From: Fibrobacterota bacterium
GTDB lineage: Bacteria > Fibrobacterota > Fibrobacteria > UBA11236
Reading direction: 5' to 3'
Assembly (NCBI GenBank): GCA_043753995.1
Contig: JAYUVP010000163.1
Location: 1-23,245 of the forward strand
DNA: 23,245 nt
Positions 16,320 to 23,245 of the stretch are shown piece by piece (positions within the stretch are counted from its first letter, which is position 1; every line of letters starts with the position of its first letter). A program made the translations under genes and the position numbers. Under the pieces are notes generated by a model, which saw nothing but the letters and a program-made list of their open reading frames with translations, did not search any database and had not been told where the DNA came from.

Positions 16320-17813
16320 ATGCTCTTTACTAGGTCTACAACCATGCGAATTCCGGCCTTGGCCCTGGGCCTTGGGTTCGGCACTCTTTTAGTCGGCTGT
16401 TTTGGCAATGACGATTCGGTAAGCTCGGCGCAGGCCACCAATTCCGAAAAGCATGTCCAAGCAGGGAGAGATTCCCTGAATATGGCCCTTGCCGCGATGA
16501 CCGACGGCGAATATGCCTATGGTGAAGAAAATCTTACCGATTTGCAGGCCTCGCATCGCGAATATGTCGCCGCGGCCAAGCTAAACCCCTCGGATTCCAA
16601 GGCAAAATTCGGCGAAGCAATCACCGGAGTATTGCTAGCGGCGCAAGACCAAAAATTGGCTGACCTCATTAATAATACCATCGAAGCAACTTCGCTTTTT
16701 GATACCCGCATGGTCGAGGAGCCCGTGGAAAAACGCGCTGCGGTTTTGAAACGCGTTTCCAAGTCAGCGAAAACCGATCCCGCCTTTCATGAAGTGCAAG
16801 ACGCCGTGGCCACCACGCTTTTGCCTGCCATGGAAAAAGCCATTGTCCTATTGCTTGAGGTTTACCAAGACCCAAGCTTTAATCTCACCTTGACCCTTGA
16901 TGGCAAAAACCAAGAAATCGATCATGCCGAAGCCGGCTTGGTCTTGGCGGGCATGAAGGCCTTGCATGGTTATGCCACTCTTTGCCTCAGCTATGATATC
17001 GACATCGATCAAAATGGCAGCTATGCCTTCTTGGAAGACCTCCGCTCCGTCAACGGTTTCGAAGATTTGGACAATCTCACGGCGCCCCAATCGGCAGCCA
17101 TCGAGCATATCACTACCCGGCTCGCACCAGGCTCGACCTTTTTGGCCGTGCGACCCGAATGGCAAGTTCGCTTGTCCGCAGTCACCGGAGAAATGGTTGA
17201 GGCCGTAGGCCTAGCCAAGGCTTCGCTCGCCTCGGTCCAAACCGAAACGGATCCACAAGCCGATGACTTGATTCGCGTATGCTCCATTCCTTCTTCGGGA
17301 AATTGCATTGACCGCGAGAACATGACCAAGTTGCTGGATGGAATGGACTCGGTATCGAAGTATTTGCAGCAGCCTTTCACCATGAAGGTCGCCTTTCTCG
17401 ATACGTCCTTGACCGTGGATTTCTCAGCCTATTTCAAAATTCGGGATTTCAAGAAAATGCTCCCCCATTATGGCTTTTATCCCAAGGCCGAATGGAGCAA
17501 TGATAAGCCCATTTTTTACTTCGCGGATCATAGCGGTAATGTCACCGGAAATTTCAAAACCGTGCAAGACTTGCAAGACCGTTTTGAAAACGGTGAATTC
17601 AGCGCAACGGCTTATGTGAATGCTTTACGCCAAATCATTTATTTTCAAGACCCCACCTTTCAGGGCTATTTGCCTGGCGCCACCGAAGCCAATTTGTGGA
17701 ATTTGATTCAAAAGCATGCAGCCTATTATGACGGCATGGGAGGTCGAGGCCCCATGGATTTAGCGGAAGACACTATGAGCCCCGAATTCATTTTTGAAAC
17801 AAGCTTGAATTAA
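16320..17813 (+). CDS. Large hypothetical lipoprotein
   Basis: AGGAGG RBS before ATG 16320, lipobox LLVG-C, Ser/Asp linker, TPR-like segment (EYVAAAKLNPSDSKAKFGEAI), acidic and mostly helical. Confidence 0.8.
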   Translation: MLFTRSTTMRIPALALGLGFGTLLVGCFGNDDSVSSAQATNSEKHVQAGRDSLNMALAAMTDGEYAYGEENLTDLQASHREYVAAAKLNPSDSKAKFGEAITGVLLAAQDQKLADLINNTIEATSLFDTRMVEEPVEKRAAVLKRVSKSAKTDPAFHEVQDAVATTLLPAMEKAIVLLLEVYQDPSFNLTLTLDGKNQEIDHAEAGLVLAGMKALHGYATLCLSYDIDIDQNGSYAFLEDLRSVNGFEDLDNLTAPQSAAIEHITTRLAPGSTFLAVRPEWQVRLSAVTGEMVEAVGLAKASLASVQTETDPQADDLIRVCSIPSSGNCIDRENMTKLLDGMDSVSKYLQQPFTMKVAFLDTSLTVDFSAYFKIRDFKKMLPHYGFYPKAEWSNDKPIFYFADHSGNVTGNFKTVQDLQDRFENGEFSATAYVNALRQIIYFQDPTFQGYLPGATEANLWNLIQKHAAYYDGMGGRGPMDLAEDTMSPEFIFETSLN

Positions 17814-17819
17814 TTCTCG

Positions 17820-19391
17820 ATGACGAAAATGAGCTTCGCAAATCGCGGAGTCCTAGGGGGCGGGTCGACGACCCGCTCTTTTTTTTGGCGCTTGGTTTTG
17901 GCGACTTTTCCCGCCTTAGCCGCATGTGGCCACGCGTCGACGCATAGTCCCTGGCCCGACCTTGGCGCCTCGGCGGGCGAGTATTTATTGCCTCAGGGAG
18001 GTCTCTCCCATGTTACCCTGCCCCCCTCTTCCATGCCGCAGGCCAAGGGCGGGCCCATGGCGGCTTGGCAATATTCCCGAGGCCCAAATTTAAGGCAGGC
18101 CGGCTCTCCCCTGGCGCTTCTTGAAACCCAAGGCCAAAGTCTGGAATTCCGGCTTCCGCTGAATGAAGCCCTTACCGCCGCGGGCCGCTGGCAAAGCCAG
18201 GAGCAAGCCTTTGGTTATGGTGGTGACTCCTCCGCGGTGCAATGGCAAAGGCGACAACAAGGCTGGGATCAAGCCCTCGGGCTTCAGCTTTCACCGCGAT
18301 GCCTTGCGACCGCCCATTTGCTTTTGCCACTGGGTCCGGGAGCCCAGGGCTTTGCCTCCGGGGCGGCCTTGGAAATCGGCGATGCCGACAGCACGGGAGC
18401 ACTGGCGCGCTTGCAGGGAGAATGGGGACGCAGCGGACATACCGTTACAGCCATGGTACCCGGTTACCTACCCGTGACGATAGCTTCGGAGTTAGAAAAC
18501 CACTCCCTGTTGGTTGGCTTGGGTTGGAATGCCCAAGGCTGGCGAGCCTCCTCCAGCGGAGCCTATCATCGCCTCGGAACCTCCGCTTCCGGCGATGCCG
18601 CTTTCGCCAATCATGTTCACGCCACCTTGACCCAAGGGGCGGTATCGGTACTCCGGCGATTTTCATCCCAGGCCATGCCATGGAGTCTTGAGGCCCAAGC
18701 CGAAGGGCTGGCGGGGCAAGGCCATGAAGTCGGCTATCGCGGGCCAACCGGCCTAAGCGAACCCTTTGCTTGGGTCCCTTGGAAATTGCAAGCGGGACGC
18801 GCCTCCCTTCGTCTCGCTTCGGAATCGGAACGCTATTGCTTCGGCCTGGATGGGCAAATCGCCGGTGGAGTCTTACGCCTTTTACGTCCCCTCCATCCCG
18901 CCGGGCATTGGCTTTGGAATCGCAATCAAATTCTCGATGCCTATCAGGGATCTCTCACGGGATTATTGTCCCGTGAAAGCTGGACCGGCGTGGGCCGCGC
19001 AGCCTTTCATCGCGAAGGTGCCAATGCTTTCGCCCAAAGGCATTTTCGCCTGGGTGCTTGGGACTTGTCGCCAGGCCTGGACCTGGGCCTGCATCGCATG
19101 GCTTGGGAAGGCTGGGCCCGCCTCACCCAATCGCAAACGTCCTTGCTTCTCTATACCACGGAAAAACGAGACACCTTGGTTTTAGCGCCTCGAAATCGCT
19201 GGCTGCTACAGCCTGGTGCCGCTATGTGCTTGCGTCGTGGGCAACTACAAGCCAAGGCCTCTGTAACCCAGATGTTACCCTTGAGTTATAACCAAGCCGA
19301 CCGGACCGATCCCGAATCGGGCCAGGAATCTCCTTCCTCCGAATGGCGGGGCGGCATGGAAATTCATTTCTCATTACACTATTCTCGCTAG
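17820..19391 (+). CDS. Hypothetical protein, probable outer-membrane beta-barrel
   Basis: Starts 6 nt after the lipoprotein stop. N-terminal hydrophobic segment, many Gly/aromatic alternating strands (LLVGLGWNAQ, LSPGLDLGLH, LQAKASVTQ) and a C-terminal strand GGMEIHFSLHYSR. The start codon is uncertain. Confidence 0.55.
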   Translation: MTKMSFANRGVLGGGSTTRSFFWRLVLATFPALAACGHASTHSPWPDLGASAGEYLLPQGGLSHVTLPPSSMPQAKGGPMAAWQYSRGPNLRQAGSPLALLETQGQSLEFRLPLNEALTAAGRWQSQEQAFGYGGDSSAVQWQRRQQGWDQALGLQLSPRCLATAHLLLPLGPGAQGFASGAALEIGDADSTGALARLQGEWGRSGHTVTAMVPGYLPVTIASELENHSLLVGLGWNAQGWRASSSGAYHRLGTSASGDAAFANHVHATLTQGAVSVLRRFSSQAMPWSLEAQAEGLAGQGHEVGYRGPTGLSEPFAWVPWKLQAGRASLRLASESERYCFGLDGQIAGGVLRLLRPLHPAGHWLWNRNQILDAYQGSLTGLLSRESWTGVGRAAFHREGANAFAQRHFRLGAWDLSPGLDLGLHRMAWEGWARLTQSQTSLLLYTTEKRDTLVLAPRNRWLLQPGAAMCLRRGQLQAKASVTQMLPLSYNQADRTDPESGQESPSSEWRGGMEIHFSLHYSR

Positions 19392-19498
19392 CCGCTTTCA
19401 CCTTGCTGCACCACGGCGGCGTCCAAGGAGCAAGGACTTGAAATAGCCATTCGGCTCTTCTCCTTGTCTTGATTTTGAAAGCGCTTTTTGGAGGTCCC

Positions 19499-19927
19499 AT
19501 GCGTTTGCTTCTCGCCGCTTTGCTGCTGGCCGCCCTTCCCTGCTTCGCCGGGGTTCCTGATTTCGATCCTATGCTGACCCCTCCCGCGGCGCATAGCGAA
19601 CGCGGCGCGTCCTCCGAGCCCGTACTGGCGGGAGCCCTCGGCATTATGCCCTTCGTCAGCGGACTTTATCTGGGTCCACAACCCGCGCAAGGTATCGTCT
19701 TCACCCTTGGTGATGGCGCCTTGGCTCTCGCCATCTGGTCAGCTCGCAATACACGCAGCGGCGACCCGGATAATACGCCTTGGTTTTATCTCGCCATGGG
19801 AGCGGCCAATGCTCTCGATGCCGTGATCTCGGTGCGCACGATTTTGCGCACCCAAAAACTGAGCGTCAATCCGGTTACCTTGGACCCGAGCGGACGCGTC
19901 ACATCTTCGTTGACCATGCGATTTTGA
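19499..19927 (+). CDS. Hypothetical envelope protein
   Basis: GGAGG RBS before ATG 19499, signal peptide MRLLLAALLLAALPCFA, hydrophobic hairpins (ALGIMPFVSGLYLG) and C-terminal SLTMRF. Confidence 0.65.
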   Translation: MRLLLAALLLAALPCFAGVPDFDPMLTPPAAHSERGASSEPVLAGALGIMPFVSGLYLGPQPAQGIVFTLGDGALALAIWSARNTRSGDPDNTPWFYLAMGAANALDAVISVRTILRTQKLSVNPVTLDPSGRVTSSLTMRF

Positions 19928-19987
19928 TTTCATCTTTTCACGTAACCTATATAGGACGTATCTTTCATGTTACTCAAAGGAAAACCG

Positions 19988-20689
19988 ATGACTCACCCTT
20001 TTGAAAACCGAAACCCCAAACTCGGCCTTCGCCTTTCGCCACGACTGGCCACGTTCGGCTTGAGCGCCGCCCTCCTGGCCTTCACCGCAGCCTCCACCGT
20101 TTCGGCACAAGGCGTCTCGCCTGCCGGCGTCGCCGAAAGCAGCGACTCGACATCACCTCGGGTGCAAGGCGCAAGCAAGGCCGCCGATTCTTCGTCCCAG
20201 CCCAAGCCTCTCGAAGGCCCGAATACCAGCACCTTCATGGGCTTCGGTCTCGGCCTCGTCTTCTCCTCCATTCCGGTTTCCACCGCCGAATTCGTCGCAC
20301 CCTTCAGCCATTTGTACTATAGCTGGTACCTCACCGATCCCAATGATTCTTTCCGCACGGCGGCCAGCCTCGGTGTCTATGGCTTCGGCGTATTTTTGCC
20401 CGTGCCCAAGGTCTCAGCGGAAATGTTTCTAGGCAAACCGACACAAGATATACAAGGCAAATTAGGTGTCGGCGGCTTTTATGACTTTGCCGTCGGCGGC
20501 CATGGCGGTCTCGCCCTCGAAGCGGGCATACGCCTCGCCAACAAATACGATATTTCTGTCGTCACCGTACCCACCGGCTCTCCCGCTAAACGCGACTACT
20601 TAGAATTCATGGGCGTTCATGACGAGCCAGGCAAAAAGCCATGGGTCAAGGTGCCCTATTTCGGTGTCTTCCTTAGCGTGATCTTTTGA
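19988..20689 (+). CDS. Hypothetical secreted protein, possible small outer-membrane beta-barrel
   Basis: AAGGA RBS before ATG 19988, long signal peptide ending VSA-Q, Ser/Pro linker, Gly/aromatic strands and C-terminal YFGVFLSVIF. Confidence 0.65.
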   Translation: MTHPFENRNPKLGLRLSPRLATFGLSAALLAFTAASTVSAQGVSPAGVAESSDSTSPRVQGASKAADSSSQPKPLEGPNTSTFMGFGLGLVFSSIPVSTAEFVAPFSHLYYSWYLTDPNDSFRTAASLGVYGFGVFLPVPKVSAEMFLGKPTQDIQGKLGVGGFYDFAVGGHGGLALEAGIRLANKYDISVVTVPTGSPAKRDYLEFMGVHDEPGKKPWVKVPYFGVFLSVIF

Positions 20690-20693
20690 GCCC

Positions 20694-20736
20694 GTCGGGG
20701 GGAGAGCGTCACATCGAGGTGACCCCTCCCCCCGAC
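20694..20736 (+). terminator. Strong GC-rich stem-loop immediately after a stop codon (terminator or mRNA-stabilising hairpin)
   Basis: GTCGGGGGGAG (20694-20704) pairs perfectly with CTCCCCCCGAC (20726-20736). Inner stem GTCAC/GTGAC closes an ATCGAG loop. No U-tract follows. Confidence 0.55.
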
Positions 20737-20831
20737 CTCGACCCGTAATCCTTCCAGGCCTTTGCCGGTCTCGGTCTCCCCCACCCCACTCGGTATGTTT
20801 TAGATTCAGTCCTGAAGAAGGAGAATCTCTC

Positions 20832-21617
20832 ATGCAGCCCAATTCCATTCAGTTCAAAAATGGATCGACCTATGAGCGCTTCATGGGAAAGTGGAGCCAA
20901 TTGGTCGGGGAGGAATTCCTGAAATGGTTAAATGCAAAACCCGGACTGAGTTGGATTGACGTGGGCTGCGGCAATGGTGCTTTTACCGAAATGATTGTCG
21001 AGCAAAGCGCATCGGCATCGGTGGCTGGCATAGATCCATCACCGGACCAAATCACTTTCGCACGCCAGAGACCGGCTCTCAACGGCGCCGATTTTCGCCA
21101 GGGCGATGCTATGGACTTGCCCTTCCCTGACAATTGCTTCGATATGGCGGTAATGCCCTTGGTGATTTTTTTCGTTCCTGTGCCCGCCAAGGGGGTGAAT
21201 GAGATGGCGCGCGTCGTTGCTCCGGGAGGGTGGGTCACCGCCTATTCCTGGGATTTGCCCGGTGGCGGTTTTCCCTATGCCTCGCTTCGAGACGCCTTGC
21301 TTGCCATGGGCGCTCCCATTCCCTGGCCACCCAATCCCGATGCCTCCCGAGTCGAGGTTTTAAGAGAATTGTGGTCTGGGGCCGGCCTTGAAGATATTGA
21401 TATTCAATGTATCACAGTTCAAAGAACCTTTGTCGATTTCGACGACTATTGGGCCACGATTTTAGGTGGCCCAAGCATGGGGCCGCCTCTCGCCCAATTG
21501 AGCGCCGACGCTATCGCAACACTTCAATCGCAAATGCGGAATACCTTGCCGATAGAAGCCAATGGGCAAATCACTTTGAGCGCCAGGGCTAATGCTGTGA
21601 AGGGGCGAGTACCCTAA
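20832..21617 (+). CDS. Class I SAM-dependent methyltransferase
   Basis: YERFMGKWS, WIDVGCGNG (motif I), GIDPS, GDAMDLPFPDNCFD and EMARVVAPGG. RBS AAGGAG. Confidence 0.93.
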   Translation: MQPNSIQFKNGSTYERFMGKWSQLVGEEFLKWLNAKPGLSWIDVGCGNGAFTEMIVEQSASASVAGIDPSPDQITFARQRPALNGADFRQGDAMDLPFPDNCFDMAVMPLVIFFVPVPAKGVNEMARVVAPGGWVTAYSWDLPGGGFPYASLRDALLAMGAPIPWPPNPDASRVEVLRELWSGAGLEDIDIQCITVQRTFVDFDDYWATILGGPSMGPPLAQLSADAIATLQSQMRNTLPIEANGQITLSARANAVKGRVP

Positions 21618-21625
21618 ATCGGAAC

Positions 21626-21643
21626 CGGGGCCGCGAGGCCCCG
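21626..21643. terminator. Hairpin between convergent genes (probable bidirectional terminator)
   Basis: CGGGGCC-GCGA-GGCCCCG is a perfect 7-bp GC stem with a GNRA loop, lying between the methyltransferase stop (21617) and the dehydrogenase stop (21670). Confidence 0.6.
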
Positions 21644-21669
21644 AATTTCCCTTAGGGCTTTGCTTGATT

Positions 21670-23245
21670 TCAACGTATGCGAATCTGAACTAACTGGTAG
21701 CCGGCCACCTTTGGCAGAGATACCCGCTCTTCCACTGAAGAATTTCCGGAGCGCGAATAGGATCCGATTTGACGCCCGTCCCAGCTATAGAAATCGGCGC
21801 CTGAGGCGCCAGCAGGAAGTTGAAAGCTGGATACACCCACGATGCCTGGGAAAGACTGGTGCGGCTTGAGAGTTCGCCTGGACGTATTCACATCAACCAC
21901 ACAGCTCGCTTCATTCAAAGGGCCTCGGTATTCGATTTTGTAAAAGGCTTTTTCTCCGCCACCGTATCCGAGCTCGCTCCACTGTAAGACATACATGGCA
22001 CCATTGGCTCCGAAGATGATATCGATATCCGATCCCCATCTATGATCGGTAACGGGAATGTCCTCTATTTTCGCCACGCCGCCTTGCGAATCCAGGCTCA
22101 CCATTTTATGAAAGTATCGGCTCCAGTCCCAAAAGATCATTTTCCCTTGATAATAAGGAGGGAATTTGACATTGGAGGCCAAAGCGGGATCGTATTGATA
22201 AAAAGGACCCACCATGCCCGCTTCCTGTCCCTTTCCTAGCTCTTGGAAGTCGGTTGTATTGGCATTGGCATACCAAACGATAGGAGCCGTGGCGGGTGGC
22301 AATTGAGTAATACCCTTATTATTCGGGGAATCGTTGACGGGCTTGGCGCAATCGAATTTTTCGGTGAGGTAAACCTGGCCACCACCGGAATAGTCCACCT
22401 TGTTATAACCGTAATTATTGCCATTGCAATAGGGCCAACCATAAAAACCACCTCCCGGCTTGGTGAGATTGATTTCATCGTATCCCGCACGGCCCCGCGT
22501 GCTATTGTCTGCGGTGGCATCTGGCCCGACTTCGGCAGAATAGACCCAGTCCGAATTGGGCTTTACCGATATCCGGTAGGGATTTCGAAATCCCATGGCA
22601 TAAATTTCCTTTTTAACAAGCGCCATATTGGTTTCGGGCAAGGTCGCCGCGATGGTTTCCCAAAAATTTCCTGCAGGGATTTCATAGGTGGAACCGATGC
22701 CCGGAGTGGGGGTCTGTGCATCGGTAAAGGCGAGGGGTTTTACCCGTAATATTTTCCCGCGAAAATCCATGGTATTGGCAGCGGAGCGTCCGCCGTCTCG
22801 GATGGGTGTCCTGGTATCGAAGGCACCATAACCCGAATTCGATTGGGGACTGGTATCACATCCGGTAGAGATGAGGAGATTGCCGTGCTTGTCGAAAGCT
22901 AAGCCAGCACCCAAATGGGCATTGGTTTCCTTAGGGATTTTTAGCAAGGTTTTTTTCGAACTCACATCGAGAATATCCCCGGTCATTTTGAATCGGGCAA
23001 CTTCATCATCGCCTCCTCCCCGTGGAGAAAAACGGATATAAATCCAACCATTGCTAGTGAATTTCGGATCCAAAGCAAAGCACTGAAGCCCATGCTCATT
23101 GCTATTGGCCACCGAGAGTTTTCCCGCCGTGACCCACTTCGGCGTACCGCCATCACGGAAAATTTTGATTTCGCCGGTATAGATTTCCGATATGAAAATA
23201 CGGCCATCCGGGGCTAATTCCATATCGGTAGGCGAGGACAAGCCG
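21670..23245 (-). CDS. PQQ-dependent glucose/sorbosone dehydrogenase-family beta-propeller protein (5'-truncated) with a C-terminal sorting-like domain
   Basis: (GL)SSPTDMELAPDGRIFISE, EHGLQCFALDPKF, HLGAGLAFD, DFRGKILRV, IYAMGFRNPYRIS, EVGPD, GYDEIN and FYGWPYC. The frame is still open at the window edge. Confidence 0.9.
   Translation of the reverse strand, partial: GLSSPTDMELAPDGRIFISEIYTGEIKIFRDGGTPKWVTAGKLSVANSNEHGLQCFALDPKFTSNGWIYIRFSPRGGGDDEVARFKMTGDILDVSSKKTLLKIPKETNAHLGAGLAFDKHGNLLISTGCDTSPQSNSGYGAFDTRTPIRDGGRSAANTMDFRGKILRVKPLAFTDAQTPTPGIGSTYEIPAGNFWETIAATLPETNMALVKKEIYAMGFRNPYRISVKPNSDWVYSAEVGPDATADNSTRGRAGYDEINLTKPGGGFYGWPYCNGNNYGYNKVDYSGGGQVYLTEKFDCAKPVNDSPNNKGITQLPPATAPIVWYANANTTDFQELGKGQEAGMVGPFYQYDPALASNVKFPPYYQGKMIFWDWSRYFHKMVSLDSQGGVAKIEDIPVTDHRWGSDIDIIFGANGAMYVLQWSELGYGGGEKAFYKIEYRGPLNEASCVVDVNTSRRTLKPHQSFPGIVGVSSFQLPAGASGADFYSWDGRQIGSYSRSGNSSVEERVSLPKVAGYQLVQIRIR

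Noticed and set aside
1..23245. CRISPR array, tRNA/rRNA, IS element or integrase
   Set aside because: I saw no regularly spaced nucleotide repeats, RNA-gene signatures or transposase/recombinase ORFs, and the intergenic gaps are all under ~300 nt.

Overview
Gene-dense bacterial window, roughly mid-50s % GC by eye, with almost all genes on the + strand. The host may be Fibrobacterota/FCB-like, inferred only from a T9SS-like C-terminal tail and the envelope-protein content. The centrepiece (~5808-15079) is a nine-gene auxiliary type VI secretion spike/toxin cluster of the kind best known from myxobacteria: vgrG, a DUF6484-like mini-spike, DUF2169, a stand-alone DUF4150 (PAAR-like/PIPY) tip, an AHH-family nuclease toxin, Imm11-like and Imm49-like immunity genes, a catalytically degenerate ketoacyl-synthase-like protein (PRK06147-like) and a TIGR02270-like protein. 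The toxin and first immunity gene form a sharply AT-rich cassette that looks exchanged. No hcp, sheath or membrane-complex genes are in the window. Upstream lie a 5'-truncated TonB-dependent receptor, a TIGR01777 epimerase-like gene and an unusual three-domain fusion (phosphoglycosyl transferase + STAS-like + CE4/DUF3473 polysaccharide deacetylase). Downstream lie DUF2147, a small Met/Cys/His-rich secreted protein, a large lipoprotein with a probable beta-barrel partner, two envelope hypotheticals, a SAM methyltransferase and a 5'-truncated PQQ-type sugar dehydrogenase on the - strand. All family assignments come from recognising motifs by eye, not from database searches.
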